64,000 nt of DNA from Felis catus. Its lineage: Eukaryota. The notes beneath the pieces were generated by a model. That model was not told the DNA's origin. It did not search any database and saw only the letters and a program-made list of their open reading frames with translations. The stretch lies in NCBI RefSeq assembly GCF_018350175.1, contig NC_058368.1, forward strand, positions 109,618,001 through 109,682,000, written 5' to 3'. A program made the position numbers and the translations under genes. Below are positions 1 through 13,110 of this stretch, piece after piece (positions within the stretch are counted from its first letter, which is position 1; each line of letters begins with the position of its first letter).

Positions 1-97
1 CCCTCCTTCATCAAAATTCAAATCAATTAAAAAAACATGAACTGACAATTTCTGAAATTCACTTTTCAAAGTAAAATTACAAATTTAAAATTGCCTA

Positions 98-300
98 GAG
101 GCTCCTGGGTGGCTCAGTTAACCATCCGACTTTGGCTCAGGTCGTGATCTCACATTTGTGGGTTCGAGCCCTGCAGTAGGCTCTGTGCTAACAGCTCAGA
201 GCCTGGAGCCTGCTTCGGATTCTGCGTGTGTCTCTCTCTCACCCTCCCCTGCCTGCACTCTGTTTCTCTCTCTCTCTCTCAAAAATAAACATTAAAATTT
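98..300 (+). mobile_element. CanSINE
   Basis: cctgggtggctcagt head, (CT)n, aataaa and A tail. Confidence 0.9.
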
Positions 301-1417
301 TTTTTTCCTTAAGGCCAAAAAATCATAATTAAAATTAAAAATCTGAGTAATGACCCACAAAACACTCCTTGCCTTTTTACAGAAGAGCAAAAATTAATAC
401 AAAGCTTAGGGAAAACTACGACTAGAAAAATGTTTAATATCTCATTACCAGCAGTTCCATTACCTTTCTTCTTAAAATTTCATGACACTCTCCAATCAGT
501 GGGAAGGAAATCTTCTTTCACTTCAGCAACTATTAATACTTTCCCCTCAAAAACTTCACCTGAGTTTCTAAATCTGACCCCAAATTCAGATTATCATATA
601 AGAGATCACCTTGAAACAAAGTACCCAGATAATTACAGAATTATGAAAAATGTTTTAAGGCTGGCCTGGTTAAGCGGGACAGAAAAAAAGAGTTTTCTTT
701 TGGACAAGGGCTTGGTGCATGTCTATGAATGACATCCTATAAGGAAATGTACTTGCTCTGAATTCTCTCAGCCCTTATGATTTAATAATGGCAGCTCAAT
801 GAACCTGCTCACACATGCGGATATGTCAAAGCTTTTACCAGACTGCTCAAGGTCCTGCATGCTTTCGCTCTCTCAGCAACAAGTAATACACACATATATG
901 GTAGGCCCTTATCAATTCTTTGCATATGAATAAGTATGATAAATATGAATATAATTTGAATTCTTTAACAGTGAGGGGGACTTGTTGCATTTCACATAAG
1001 TTATTCTCACTCAGTTCTTCCCCTGTTCAGCTGAAGAGGCTGAGGTTATGAAGACTGTATGTTGTAGTTTAGAAAGCTAGCACTGTGGCCACCATTTCTT
1101 TAGAATTTTGTTTTAATCATGGAGTTAACTTGTGGTCTCAGGAATTCAGGAGTTCACTTTTGAAGCTGGAATTTATTATCACCCAATATACTAGCCTGAT
1201 TACATTTTGATATATATTCCTGGTTCTACTAAAGAAGTAGGAAAACAAATATAGTACAAACTATGCTGATTTAATATTCTACATATAGCAGTTAAATGGA
1301 GGGCTTATGAAGAAGAATCCTGTATTTTTTGGTCTTCTTTATTAAAAACTATCAACCTACACACAAACACAAATACACACATCTCTAAGAGATGAGAAAA
1401 ATCTGTAATCTCAGAGG

Positions 1418-1622
1418 AGGGGAAGGCAAACTATGGCCCACAAGTCAAATAAAGACTACTACTTGTTTTGTAAAAAAGTTTTATTGGAACACAACGACAC
1501 TCAGAGTCTATATTTGCTTTCATGCCACAATGGCAGAGCTGGTTGGGACAAAAGCCATCTAGCCCCTAAATCCTAAAATAATTCACTATCTGGCCCTTTA
1601 CATAAACATTTGCATACCCCTT
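1418..1622. mobile_element. MER58A-like hAT/Charlie non-autonomous DNA transposon
   Basis: agggg..ggcaaactatggccc...ttttattggaacaca...actatctggccctttac..tttgc..acccct, with terminal inverted repeats. Confidence 0.75.
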
Positions 1623-1721
1623 CCTTAAAAGATTAAGGACACATTTCTAAGTGTTCTGGTATGCAGACACTACACATAGACTTTTAGCAAAACGGATAAA
1701 CTTATTAAGCAATAAACTTAC

Positions 1722-1770
1722 GATTTAGACTGGTGTCCATTTGAAGTTTTAGAAGAAGGATTGTATCTTT
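1722..1770 (-). CDS. AFF4: AFF4 exon 7, aa 363-379
   Basis: Acceptor ctctttgttctag|AA, 49 nt encoding (K)RYNPSSKTSNGHQSK(S), donor TC|gtaagt. Phase is compatible with exon 6. Confidence 0.95.
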
Positions 1771-3145
1771 CTAGAACAAAGAGAATGCAGAAATTAGCAA
1801 CTACAGTGTGGCTATTTAGATTGTAAAATATGTATCAGTATACCTTCAAAGAAATGTAAATCAAAACATTTAGAATTCTTCCTCCACCAAACTGGCAACA
1901 CTTTAGAGTCCAATAATACAAGATACTGGTGGAAACAGGTAAGCTCCAATGCTGCTTGTCCAACTATAAACCCATACAATCTTTTTGGCAGGCAATCTGG
2001 CAATACTATCTTTACTGATACTGTAAATGCACATATCCACTTTCGTAGCAATTATAATGAAAAAAATTTTTCCTTACAGGTATATCTGGAAAAATACATA
2101 AGCACACACTGAAACACAGATGTTTATCATAATATGTTTTGTAACAGCAAAAACTGGAAACAAACATCTATCGAGAGGAGAATAGTTAAATAAATGGTAT
2201 TATCATAAAATACACAATTTTAATGTTAAAAAGAATGAGCTAATGTTAAAAGAATGAGCAAGAATTTATACTGATATAGACACAGCTCTAAAATAAATTA
2301 AGTGAAAAATATAGGTAATAAAGAGTATGTGCAACACTTATGATCTCATGTGCCAAATACTGAGTTATAGGGGGAAGAGGACAGAACTAAGGAGGAGACA
2401 TTCTGAAAAGTTGTTAAGAGAGAAAATGTAAACTTTCTGGCCTAGGGCTATTTTCTTCATATCTTTAAATAGTGATAAAGATTCTTATAACTATAGTTTA
2501 AGGTAAAACCAAGAAGTGGACATACAAATAAAGTTTGCTAACGTTAAAAAGGAATATCCTCCATAGTTTCGTCTCTTTGCTTTAAGACCTCTAAAGACAA
2601 CAAACTAAGCATCAAAAAGTTCCACATTTTTACATCCCAAAACTGATTACCAATGTAAATCTACCTTATTAAAGAAGTTACTGTTCTTGGCAAAACCATT
2701 TATTTTATTATAGAGCTATATGAGGAAGCCCAGACATTCATAAGGTTCCTGGCCTTACCACTCATTAATTCACATAACCATCATCTCTTGGGATCACATT
2801 TAAATTCCCTAAGGCTATCATCCCCTCAAGTTCTTCTCAGAAACAAAAAGACAGGAGGTAGAGGGGGATTCTGTAACACAGAGAAGATGTTCGTCCCAGA
2901 CCTAAAGACCCGGGAAGGATAAATACAGACGTAGGCAGAGAAGAACTACAATAAGTGACAATGACCCTTTCCCTTGCATATAGTGTAACTGTCACAGAAC
3001 CAACTATCTTCGTGAAAGATAGAGAAAGAGAGAGGAATGCTCTTGGGTTTATGAGGTGTCCATCAAACTGAATTCATGAACTTTTAACTTATTACCTCAA
3101 GAAATACTTAGTCAATTTGATCTCCAAGGATCTATAATTCTTCAT

Positions 3146-3329
3146 TTTAAAAAATGTTGATTTATTTTGGGGGGAGGAACAGAGAGAGGGGGGAGAGAGA
3201 GAATCCTAAGCAGGATCCATGCTGTCAGCACACAGCCTAAAGTGGGGTTCGATCCCACGAACTGTGAGATCATGACCTGAGCTGAAATCAAGAACCGGGT
3301 GCTCAACGACTGAGCCACCCAGGCGCCTC
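3146..3329 (-). mobile_element. CanSINE
   Basis: Reverse-complement head gactgagccacccaggcgcc. Confidence 0.9.
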
Positions 3330-3509
3330 TATAATTTTTCATTTTTTAAGTATACCAAGATTCAGTTTAACTCATTACAAACTATCAAATAATAAAAACT
3401 GGGATAAGACACGTGAAGGAATTATAAAACCAATATATGATGTGACCTGGAGAAATGAATGCTCAATTAACAGCTTAACATGAAAACCAAGAAGAAAAGA
3501 AATACTCAC

Positions 3510-3546
3510 TTTGTTCTCCAGGGCCAAAATTGGACTGCTGAGATTC
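3510..3546 (-). CDS. AFF4: AFF4 exon 6, aa 351-363
   Basis: Acceptor tgtgtcccttag|GAA, 37 nt encoding ESQQSNFGPGEQ plus the first base of a K codon, donor A|gtgagt (phase 1). Confidence 0.95.
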
Positions 3547-3916
3547 CTAAGGGACACAAAATTATATAGTGATATTAAGAGAAGGGTTCATTAGTAAAAA
3601 ATGCTTTAAACTAAACTATTCAATTCCAGATAATTCAATGAAAGATCCTGTTGAGTTCCTAAGAATGCATAAAAGAAAAAACACAAAGAATTTAATGATC
3701 CCATCTGATCAGCCTCAGCAATTGTTCTGGTCAGTAATGAACTCTCCCAGAGCTGAACACAAAAAACATCAAGCTACCTAATAGTCTACCTTTATTATTC
3801 ATTTCTTTTCAGCAGCATCCATGGTGCTCATATCATAATTTAGAGCTTCGGGAAAGCAAATTATTTCCATTTAAGATTCTTGGTCTTAAAATGTTTAATT
3901 AAAAAAAAGTAATACT

Positions 3917-4146
3917 GGGGCGCCTGAATGGCGCAGTCGGTTGAGCGTCCGACTTCAGCCAGGTCACGATCTCGCGGTCCGTGAGTTAGAGCCCCGCGTC
4001 AGGCTCTGGGCTGATGGCTCGGAGCCTGGGGCCTGTTGCCGATTCTGTGTCTCCCTCTCTCTCTGCCCCTCGCCCGTTCATGCTCTGTCTCTCTCTGTCC
4101 CAAAAATAAATAAACGTTGGAAAAAAAAAATTATAAAAAAAAAAAG
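3917..4146 (+). mobile_element. Young felid CanSINE
   Basis: Diagnostic ggcgcagtcgg and cagccaggtcacg, TSD aaaaaaaagtaatact. Confidence 0.93.
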
Positions 4147-4649
4147 TAATACTAAAAACCTACACTAGAGTAAAAACAGCTGTACAACCTATATAGAGTC
4201 AAAAGATACCACTTTTATGAACTAAAAACCTCACACAGTCATTCACATGTCACTATATTGCCTTCCTTTTCCCACTCCCAATATTTTACACACAATTAGC
4301 AACTTGAGGAAAAGACTGTCATATACCACTCTGTAAGCCATACACTAGTACAATGTCTGGCACTCAGGAAGCACCAGTAAAAAGAAAGCCAAAATCTCAC
4401 TGTCAGTGAAAGAAACATGCCTTTCCAAACTCAACTTTCATAATCAGAAAACCTTTTTCACACATGGAAATTGTGCATTTTTCTAGGTTAAGTCTTTGGA
4501 ACACAACATAGTATTAAAATTACACAAACATCCCTAAAAGCCCACTTAAAAATGAGCACAATCTTGCTTTAATGACAGAATTACCTGTGAAAGAGAAATC
4601 CACATAGTATGAATGCTAAAATACAGTTTTGTTGTTAAAAATAATACTG

Positions 4650-6005
4650 TAAACCTACACCTATGGTCAAATGATTTTCAACAAGTATTCCAAGACCATC
4701 TATAAGGGAAATGACAGTCTTTTCAGCAAATGATGTTAGGACAACGGACTAGCCATAAGCAAAAAAATGAAGTTGGATGCTTAACTCAGCCAATATAAAA
4801 AAAAAATAACTCAAAATGGATCAAAGAACTAAATGTAAGAGCTCAAACTACAAAACTCTTAGAAAACTTAGAGCCAAAGCTTAATGACCTTGGATTTGGC
4901 AAAGAACTCTTACATATGACACCAAAAACATCAAAAACACAAAAGAAACAAATAGAGAAATTGGATTTCAGCAAAATTAAAAACTTCTGTACTTCAAAGA
5001 ACAACTCTATCAAGAAAATAAAAAAACAACCCACAGAATGGGAGAAAATATGTGCAATTATGTATCTGATAAGAGACTGCTATCTACAATATATAAAGAG
5101 CTCTTACAATTCAATGATAAAGACAGCCCAATGAAAAAAATGTGCAAAGCATCTGAACAGACAATTCTACAAGGAAGATATAAAAATGGTTAATAAGCAC
5201 ATACAAATGGTCAATAAACACATGAAAACATGTTGTCTGACATCGTTTGTCATGGGGAAAATGCAAATCAAACACACAATGAGGTAATACTTCACACCTA
5301 CTAGGATGACTAGGATCAAAAACAGATAACAGCAAGTATCGACAAGGATGCAGAGAAAAATGAAAGCCTAGTAGGAATGTAAACTGGCTCAGCTAGCTTT
5401 GGAAAACATTCTGAAAGTTCCTTAAATGATGAAGCATACAGTTGCCATTTGACCTTGCAATTCTACTCCTAGGTATATAACCAAGTGAAAAGAAACATTA
5501 TGTCCCCCCAGAAACTTCTACACAAATGTTTACAGCACCATTATTCACAAAAGCCCAAAGCTTAAAACAACTCAAATGTTCATCAGCTGATGAGTTTATA
5601 AGTAAAATGTGATATATAACCATACAATGGAATATTTGGCCACAAATGGAAATGAAGTACTGATATATTCTATACCTTGGAAGAACCTCGAAAACATTAT
5701 CCTAAGTTAAAGAATCTTGCAAAAGACCACATATGGTATGATTCCATTTACATGAAATGTTCAGAAAAAAGGAAATCTATAGAGACAGAGAGTAGATGAG
5801 TGGTTTCATAGGGCTGAGAAGGAGACAGAGGGAAGTGGTAATAGATAAACAGGGTGTTTCTTTTTGAGATGATCAAAATGCTCTAAAATTCACCATTGTG
5901 ATGGCTGCATAAGTCTGTAAATATATTCAAAACCATTTAACTGTACACTTTAAATGGGAGAAAAGCATGGCATGTGGATTATATTTCAATAAAGCTACTA
6001 AAAAA
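4650..6005 (+). mobile_element. Old L1M (L1MB-like) ORF2 end plus 3'UTR
   Basis: Peptide [31 protein letters not shown] and a typical L1M 3' terminus ending tatatttcaataaagct. Confidence 0.85.
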
Positions 6006-6683
6006 CCTGCCAATAGAGCAGTGACCAAGGTCACCCCTGTGAATTATGTTGCAGATACAAATAATCCTCCACCCCTTTCAATTGCCAATTATCTTATACT
6101 CATTTACCTGGTAAAGAGCCTAAATGTTAATAGCCCAAACTTTCAAGTAATCTCTCACTCCTTTCCCTAACACCGCTGACAATAGTCAGTCTACTGATCT
6201 TCAAAGTCTAGTGGATTCTGTCCCCATAACATCTACTAAATGCACACCATCTCATCTTCATCTACGCTGCAAAGACTTCAGGTCCTCACATTTTTTCATC
6301 TACAAAGGCCATTTAATGGAACTTTCTAGCTCTAACCTTTCTCCTTCACTCAACTATAGTCTCCAGTCAACCTTTCTGAAGCCCAAACCCTAGTATGAGT
6401 CATCACTACTTTTTTTCGTAGGGCCTTCAATGGCTCTTTGTTTTTTCTAGGGATTAAACTCAAACTCTTTGACACACACGATATCCATTCATATGTCTAA
6501 GTACTGGAAAACAAAGTGAAGAGGAAAAAAACACAAAGGCCTTCTACTCATGGAGCTTAACACTCTTCTGAAAAATGTTAATGACTATCTCTGCAACTAT
6601 TCATGTAAATAAAGGTAAAATGGCAATTGTAAGAAGTGCAATGAAAGGTAAATAACATACACAGTATTATTTAAGAGCTTATA

Positions 6684-6685
<2 letters not shown>

Positions 6686-6732
<47 letters not shown>
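6686..6732. repeat. (TG)n microsatellite
   Basis: About 23 perfect TG units. Confidence 0.97.
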
Positions 6733-6735
<3 letters not shown>

Positions 6736-7130
6736 AGAGAGACAGCATGTGAATGAATGTGAGTGAGAAAGGGAGAAAGAGAGAGAGACACACACACACA
6801 GATCTAGCCAGGAAAATGAACAAAGGCTTCTCTGAGCAAGTACCGTTCAGGTTGGGATGTGAAGTGTAGGTAGGAAGTAAACTGGGAAAGGTAAGTGTAC
6901 AGGGTAGAGAGAACAGCATGTAAAGGCCAGAAAAGATAGGGAGCACTGGTAGTGTAAAGGACTTAAAGGCAGTCCACAAGAGGAAAAAGTACAGAAGGGT
7001 AGTGAGAAATGAAACTCAAGAGAAATGAGACTCAAGACATGAAAACCTGTATCATATAGCACGCAGGCTTTATAGATTACATTAAAGAACATTTAATACA
7101 CATAAACCACATCTGTTTAGTAAAATCTGA

Positions 7131-7335
7131 GGGGTGCCTGGGTGGCTCAGTCGGTTGAGCATCCGACTTCGGCTCAGGTCATGGTCTCACGGTTTGTGAA
7201 TTTGAGCCCCGTGTCAGTCTCTGTGCTGACAGTTAGAGCCTGGAGCCTGCTTTGGATTCTGTGTCTCATTCTCTCTCTGCCCCTCCCCGACTTGTGTCCT
7301 GTCTCTCAAAAATAAATAAATGTAAAAAAAAAAAA
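7131..7335 (+). mobile_element. CanSINE
   Basis: Head, body, CT tract and A tail. Confidence 0.9.
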
Positions 7336-8129
7336 TTTTTTTTTTAAACTGGGGACTTGAAGGAGGGAGGGATACAGGCTGAGGAAGGAGGCTGGGGGAA
7401 GGGGCGTAACTCATTTTTATGTGAGGTAACTTATGTCATGAAACAACCAGTGAATTTTTTTGTTAGTGCAAAAAATACAAGCTTCTGTGTTAGTGTAAAA
7501 GATTCAGGAGTACTGTATGCCCCATAAAAAAAGGAGGAGGGAGGGAGATAAATTACTTACATTATACTTTAGGATTTATACTGTCTCTGTTATATCTTTC
7601 TTTGATGCACAAAAAAGTAGCTCTTCAAGTAATTTAATAACTGGAAAAGAATCTAACAAAAAGACGACTAGAATCACTGGCACTTCCACCCATCTCTACA
7701 GAGCTAACTTTGTACACTGAATGATTTATTCTAATATTTATTTCTTGAATCTTGAGCTTTGCTTTCTAAGCCTGCCTCAACAGTGTTTCCTGACAAAGAA
7801 GTGCCTTTTAGTAGATTTGCTCTTTATTGGATTTCAGCCATTTTTAACTAGAGCAGAAAGAAAGACCAAGGTTTTGGACAATGATATAGAACACTGGGAG
7901 AAAACTCAAAATAGGTTTATAATACAATTTTACTAAACCTGGATGTTTAAGGACTGAATTGAATTATTACACAACTCAAAATACCAGTGAGTATGAACCA
8001 TGATGCTTTCATAGTTTCATTAGCAACTATCTCAAGGTATGTTATACACTCAAAAGCAAGATTAATGATATAAATGCATATTCAAACTACTGTTGATAAT
8101 CCGATGTTTCCTTCTTTTCTGTTTTTTTT

Positions 8130-8360
8130 TTAATATTTAAAAAAAATTTTTTTTAACGTTTATTTATTTTTGAGAGAGAGAGAGAGACAGAGCATGAACG
8201 GGGGAGGGGCAGAGAGAGAGGGAGACACAGAATTGGAAGCAGGCTCCAGGCTCTGAGCCATCAGCCCAGAGTCCCACGTGGGGCTCGAACTCATGGACCG
8301 TGAGATCGTGACCTGAGCTGAAGTTGGACGCTTAACCGACTGAGCCACCCAGGCACCCCC
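8130..8360 (-). mobile_element. CanSINE
   Basis: TSD cttcttttctgttt. Confidence 0.92.
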
Positions 8361-9586
8361 CTTCTTTTCTGTTTATGGCATCTTTGTTTCTACTTTGTAC
8401 AGCGGCAGATAAAGAGTTCATACCAGAAGAAGACAGATTTCAGCTCTGTCATGTTCTTGTTTGCTCAGAAATGCATCTCACTGTTATTTTCACTCAGCAC
8501 TTTCACTGCAGGTATATCTTTTAAGCCACTTGCACATTAGTGAAGATTAGATGAATTAAAACCAGTTAATATACCATGTAAATCACCTTAACTATGCACA
8601 TTTAAAACTGTAATATACTAGAGCCAGTAAGAGCAAATAAAGGAGAGCAAGTCTATCAACTTTTCCATAATGAGAAAACCTAAACTTCTCTCGGAATACC
8701 TCAGAAATAAAATGTGACCAACTGCCATTGAGATCAAGAGAAGCAATACTACTTTGATTTTGTTTTTGCAGACTTAAAAATAGAGAAATTTAGGACTAAA
8801 AACAACTATAAAATTTTTATCCCCTTCTCCCAGTCCCCAATCTCCAATATACACACAATGTTGGAGGAAATGCTTTTCACTCTGAAGACCACTGACTTAC
8901 CACAGTGGCAAGAATAAAGATGGAGAAAAATGAATGGAACTAAAATACATTAAAGGAGGCAAAATCATTACGATTTGGTGATAGTTTAGAGTGTGTGACA
9001 GGGAAGGAAGTGCCAAGCATAATTCTAACAAGGCTTTCCTAGCTTCACTAAGACAGGAAACAGGAAGAGGATCATGCTTGTTTCCTCTTTACTTTCCTTT
9101 TGGTTTGAACTAGCAGGGAGAATCAGAAGTTCTCCCTGGAAGATGTCTCAAAGGCACCTGAAACTCAACATCTAAGAAGTGTCATGTATGTAGCTAGATG
9201 TATGTATCTGGAATTCAAATACAGTCTGGAATTAAGATAAAAATTGTCATGAAGATAAAAATATGTGGAACACCTGTGTAAAGAGGAACAGGGTACAAAG
9301 ACAATCTAAGTCTAAGCATGGAGTGTGTAACTGCATGCACTTAAACACTAATATGTAATTTTTTTCATTCTTTTTATTATTTTGTTTTCACAATGGAATA
9401 TTGGGCAGCTTGAGGCAAAACACATTTCTTTTTTTGTATTCTCGTACAGCACCAAGCACAATGCCAGGAAAACTTAATGGTAGAGACAAAGACAGAGGAG
9501 AAAAAGGAGAAGCCAGAGAAGCAAAGTAACTCTGGATGAGCAACGTACAGTGGGAGATAAGGAGGAAATAGGCTAAAACAGTATTT

Positions 9587-9813
9587 TTTTTATTTAAAAA
9601 AATTTTTTTAAGTTTATTTATTTTGGGGAGACAGAGAAAGACAAAGCATGAGGTGGGGAGGGGCAGATAGAGAGGGAAACACAGAATCTGAAGCAGGCTC
9701 CAGGCTCTGAGCTGTTAGTACAGAGCCCAACGTGGTGCTCGAACCCACCAACCATGAGATCATGACCTGAGTCGAAGACAGACGCTTAACCGACTGAGCC
9801 ATCCAGGTGCCCC
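9587..9813 (-). mobile_element. CanSINE
   Basis: Reverse-oriented head and tail. Confidence 0.9.
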
Positions 9814-10735
9814 ATAAGCTAAAACAATATTTAATGCTCATGAGAACCCTGATGAAAATAAAGAAATAAAGAACATTAACTGGATTTACAAAATGGGCCA
9901 CTAGTGGTCATAATGAAAATGGTTTTGGTGAGGTGTAAAAGCAAGATCAGACTAGGTTGAGGAGTAAGTGAAGGAAAGCATACAGACAGCAAATTTGAAC
10001 CACTTTTTAAGTAAGTTTAACTCTAAAGAGGAGGACTGGATGGAGAATAACATGGAATAGAGGGATTTATTTGTTGTGCTGCTTTTAAATGGCACAGATC
10101 AAGGATGTTTAAGTGAATGATAAGGATTTAATAAATCAGCTCTCCAAATATGTTCCTAAACTCAACTTCTCCTCCACCACTAGCCACATGTGAACTGCTC
10201 TTTCACATCTGTTAATGAGTGTGAAATCCACCCTCTTGGGTGCTCCTTACCTTCCTGTGCTTCTAGCACCCTTATACTTCTCCTTTAAAGCCCAGTTGGT
10301 GCCATCATCCTTAGGATGCCATCTCCAAATTCCATAAGTATCAAAACTTTCTCCCTTTTCTGTCCTCTTGGTGGACTCAGTTCATATGGTTAACACACAA
10401 AGAATGAATACCTATTAAAGTTATGTAGGAAGCTTTAAACTGTTTTACACACAAAGGTGTATTCATTACAAATTCAGAGACTGAGATGAACTATAAAAAA
10501 GCAAAACCTGACTTATAAAAGCAACTCAACCAAAGCAATCATCACTAAGTAGCTAACTGAAGTTATTTCAAACACATTACCTGAATATTTATATCCAAAT
10601 CCAGTAAACAAACATTTACTGAATGGCTATATATGCCAGGAACTATTCTAGGCATTGGCACATACTATTCTAATTGCGTTTGTTAAATACCAATCTTAGT
10701 TAGAACAAGGGTAACATCTAAATGATTCAATGCTA

Positions 10736-10931
10736 GGGACGCCCGGGTGGCTCAGTCGGTTGAGCGACAGACTCTTGATCTTGGCCAGGTCATGATCTCA
10801 TGGTTCGTAAGTTCGAGCCCTGTGTCCACCTCGTGCTGAAAGTGCAGAGCCTGCTTGAGATTCTCTCTCCTCTCTGTCTCTCCCAGCTCACATCCTCTCT
10901 ATCAATAAAATAAACTTAAAAAAAAAAAAAA
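10736..10931 (+). mobile_element. CanSINE
   Basis: TSD gattcaatgcta. Confidence 0.9.
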
Positions 10932-11470
10932 GATTCAATGCTATACCTCTGAAGTACTATCTATAATACTGCCAGGTAGTGTTTCAAACATACAGTAAAT
11001 ATGTGCAAGGTCAGTCAAAAGCTTTAGTATGCTTCAAACTATCATTGGAAAATCTACCAACCTATCTCCAACTACACCCATCTAATCTGCTTTCCTTCCT
11101 ATGATAAAGAAAGACCTAACTGTGCTCTATTCTAAAGCTAATATCCTCCATCACAGCACTGAATCTCAACCTCTCTAATGGAGACTTCTTAAGGTTACCA
11201 GCTGTCTTTCCCAGGTATCATTTGTTTTTCCTTTTTTACTAAAACATCATCATCAGCACAGATGATATATATGATATATAAAAAATCCTTATCTTATGAA
11301 AATACTCACCTGACAACATCACTATACCCTTCCTGGCACCATCACATTTCCCAGCTCCGTTTTACAATGTGTCAAAAGAAAATCTTCTTTTATATGTTCA
11401 TCATCTCCAATATCTTTTGGGCCTCTGCAATCATTCTTTTACCCTCAGCTTTCTAACTAAAAGTGTTTAT

Positions 11471-11880
11471 TTTTTTTTCAATATATGAAATTTATTGTCA
11501 AATTCGTTTCCATACAACACCCAGTGCTCATCCCAAAAGGTGCCCTCCTCAATACCCATCACCCAACCTCCCCTCCCTCCCACCCCCCATCAACCCTCAG
11601 TTTGTTCTCAGTTTTTAACAGTCTCTCATGCTTTGGCTCTCTCCCACTCTAACCTCTTTTTTTTTTTTTCCCCCTTCCCCTCCCCCATGGGTTTCTGTTA
11701 AGTTTCTCAAGATCTACATATGAGTGAAACCATGTGGTATCTGTCTTTCTCTGTATGGCTTATTTCACTTAGCATCACACTCTCCACTTCCATCCACGTT
11801 GCTACAAAAGGCCATATTTCATTCTTTCTCATTGCCACGTAGTATTCCATTGTGTATATAAACCACAATTTCTTTATCCA
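11471..11880 (-). mobile_element. Young 5'-truncated felid L1 3' end
   Basis: L1 3'UTR with G-rich tract and polyA, and a perfect 17-bp TSD taactaaaagtgtttat (11454-11470, 11881-11897). Highly similar to the copies at 34574 and 43046. Confidence 0.92.
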
Positions 11881-12655
11881 TAACTAAAAGTGTTTATATC
11901 AGCAATAAAAAAATACATTGTCAAATCTCTTACCTGGAACATAGTAAGAACTTAATAAATATATGCTTGACAAATAAACACATAAACATCAAATCTATAG
12001 ACATGAAAGCCATAATGTCTGAGATCAAAAATATGTTAAATGGGATTAACAAGAGATTAGACACTACAGAACAAAAGATTACTGAAAATGAAGATTTAAC
12101 AATAGAAACTACCCATAAATGAAACAACAAAAGATAAAAGATTTTAAAAAATGAACAGTGCATTCATGAGCCATGGAACAACTTCAAGAGGCCTAATATA
12201 TATGTAAATGGAGTCCTAGAAGTAAAGGAGAAAACGAGAAGAGGGAGTACAGAGAAATATCTTGAGAAAATAATGGCAAAAATTTCCCAAATGTAATAAA
12301 AACTATAAACCCAAAGTTTCAAGAAGCTAAAAGTCACCCCCGAGCACAAAAAAAAGATGAAAAGACCCAAGACAACTCAAAAGTGAACAGCTTAAAATCA
12401 GTGATAGAGACAAAAAGAATCTTAAAAGCAGCCAGAAGGAAAAAAAAAAACACCTTATATACAAAGAAAGAAAAAAGGCAATAAAGGATATCTCATATAC
12501 AATGCAATCCAGAAGACAATGGACAACAGTTATAACCTAGCATTCTATAATCAGCAAAAATACCTGAAGAAAAAAGGTAAAATAAAAATGTCAGATACAC
12601 AAAAGCTGAAAGCATTCATCTATCACAAGCAGACAAGCATTAAAAGAAATGTTAA

Positions 12656-13110
12656 GGGGCGTCTGGGTGGCTCAGTCGGTCAAGCGTCTGACTTCAGCTC
12701 AGGTCATGATCTGACACTCCGTGAGTTCGAGCCCTGTGTCGGGCTCTGTGCTGACAGTTCAGAGCCTGCAACCTGCTTCAGATTCTGTGTCTCCCTCTCT
12801 CTCTGCCCCTCCCCTGCTGAAGCTCTGTCTCTGTCTCAAACATAAATAAAAATATTTTTAAAAATTAAAAAAAAAAGTTATAAGGGAGTCCTCCAGGGGC
12901 ACCTGGGTGGCTCAGTAGTAGATTAAGTGGCTGACTCTTGATTTTGGCTCAGGTAATGATCTCACGCTGGGTTTATGAGCTTGAGCCCCGTGTCTGGCTC
13001 TGCACTCAAAGTATGGAGCCTGCTTTGGATCTTCTGTCTCTCTGCCCCTCCCCTTCGCACACACTCTCTTTCTCTCAAAAATAAATAAATGTTAAAAAAA
13101 AATATTAAAA
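12656..13110 (+). mobile_element. Two tandem CanSINEs (12656-12877, 12896-13110)
   Basis: Two heads and two tails. Confidence 0.88.

Noticed and set aside
98..180. tRNA-like A/B box sequences
   Set aside because: They are the tRNA-derived heads of CanSINEs, not tRNA genes.
8901..8939. Possible 39-nt in-frame cryptic exon (tattttag|...GTG|gtaagt)
   Set aside because: Very short and pyrimidine-rich, adjacent to L2-like decayed sequence, and likely a chance motif pairing.
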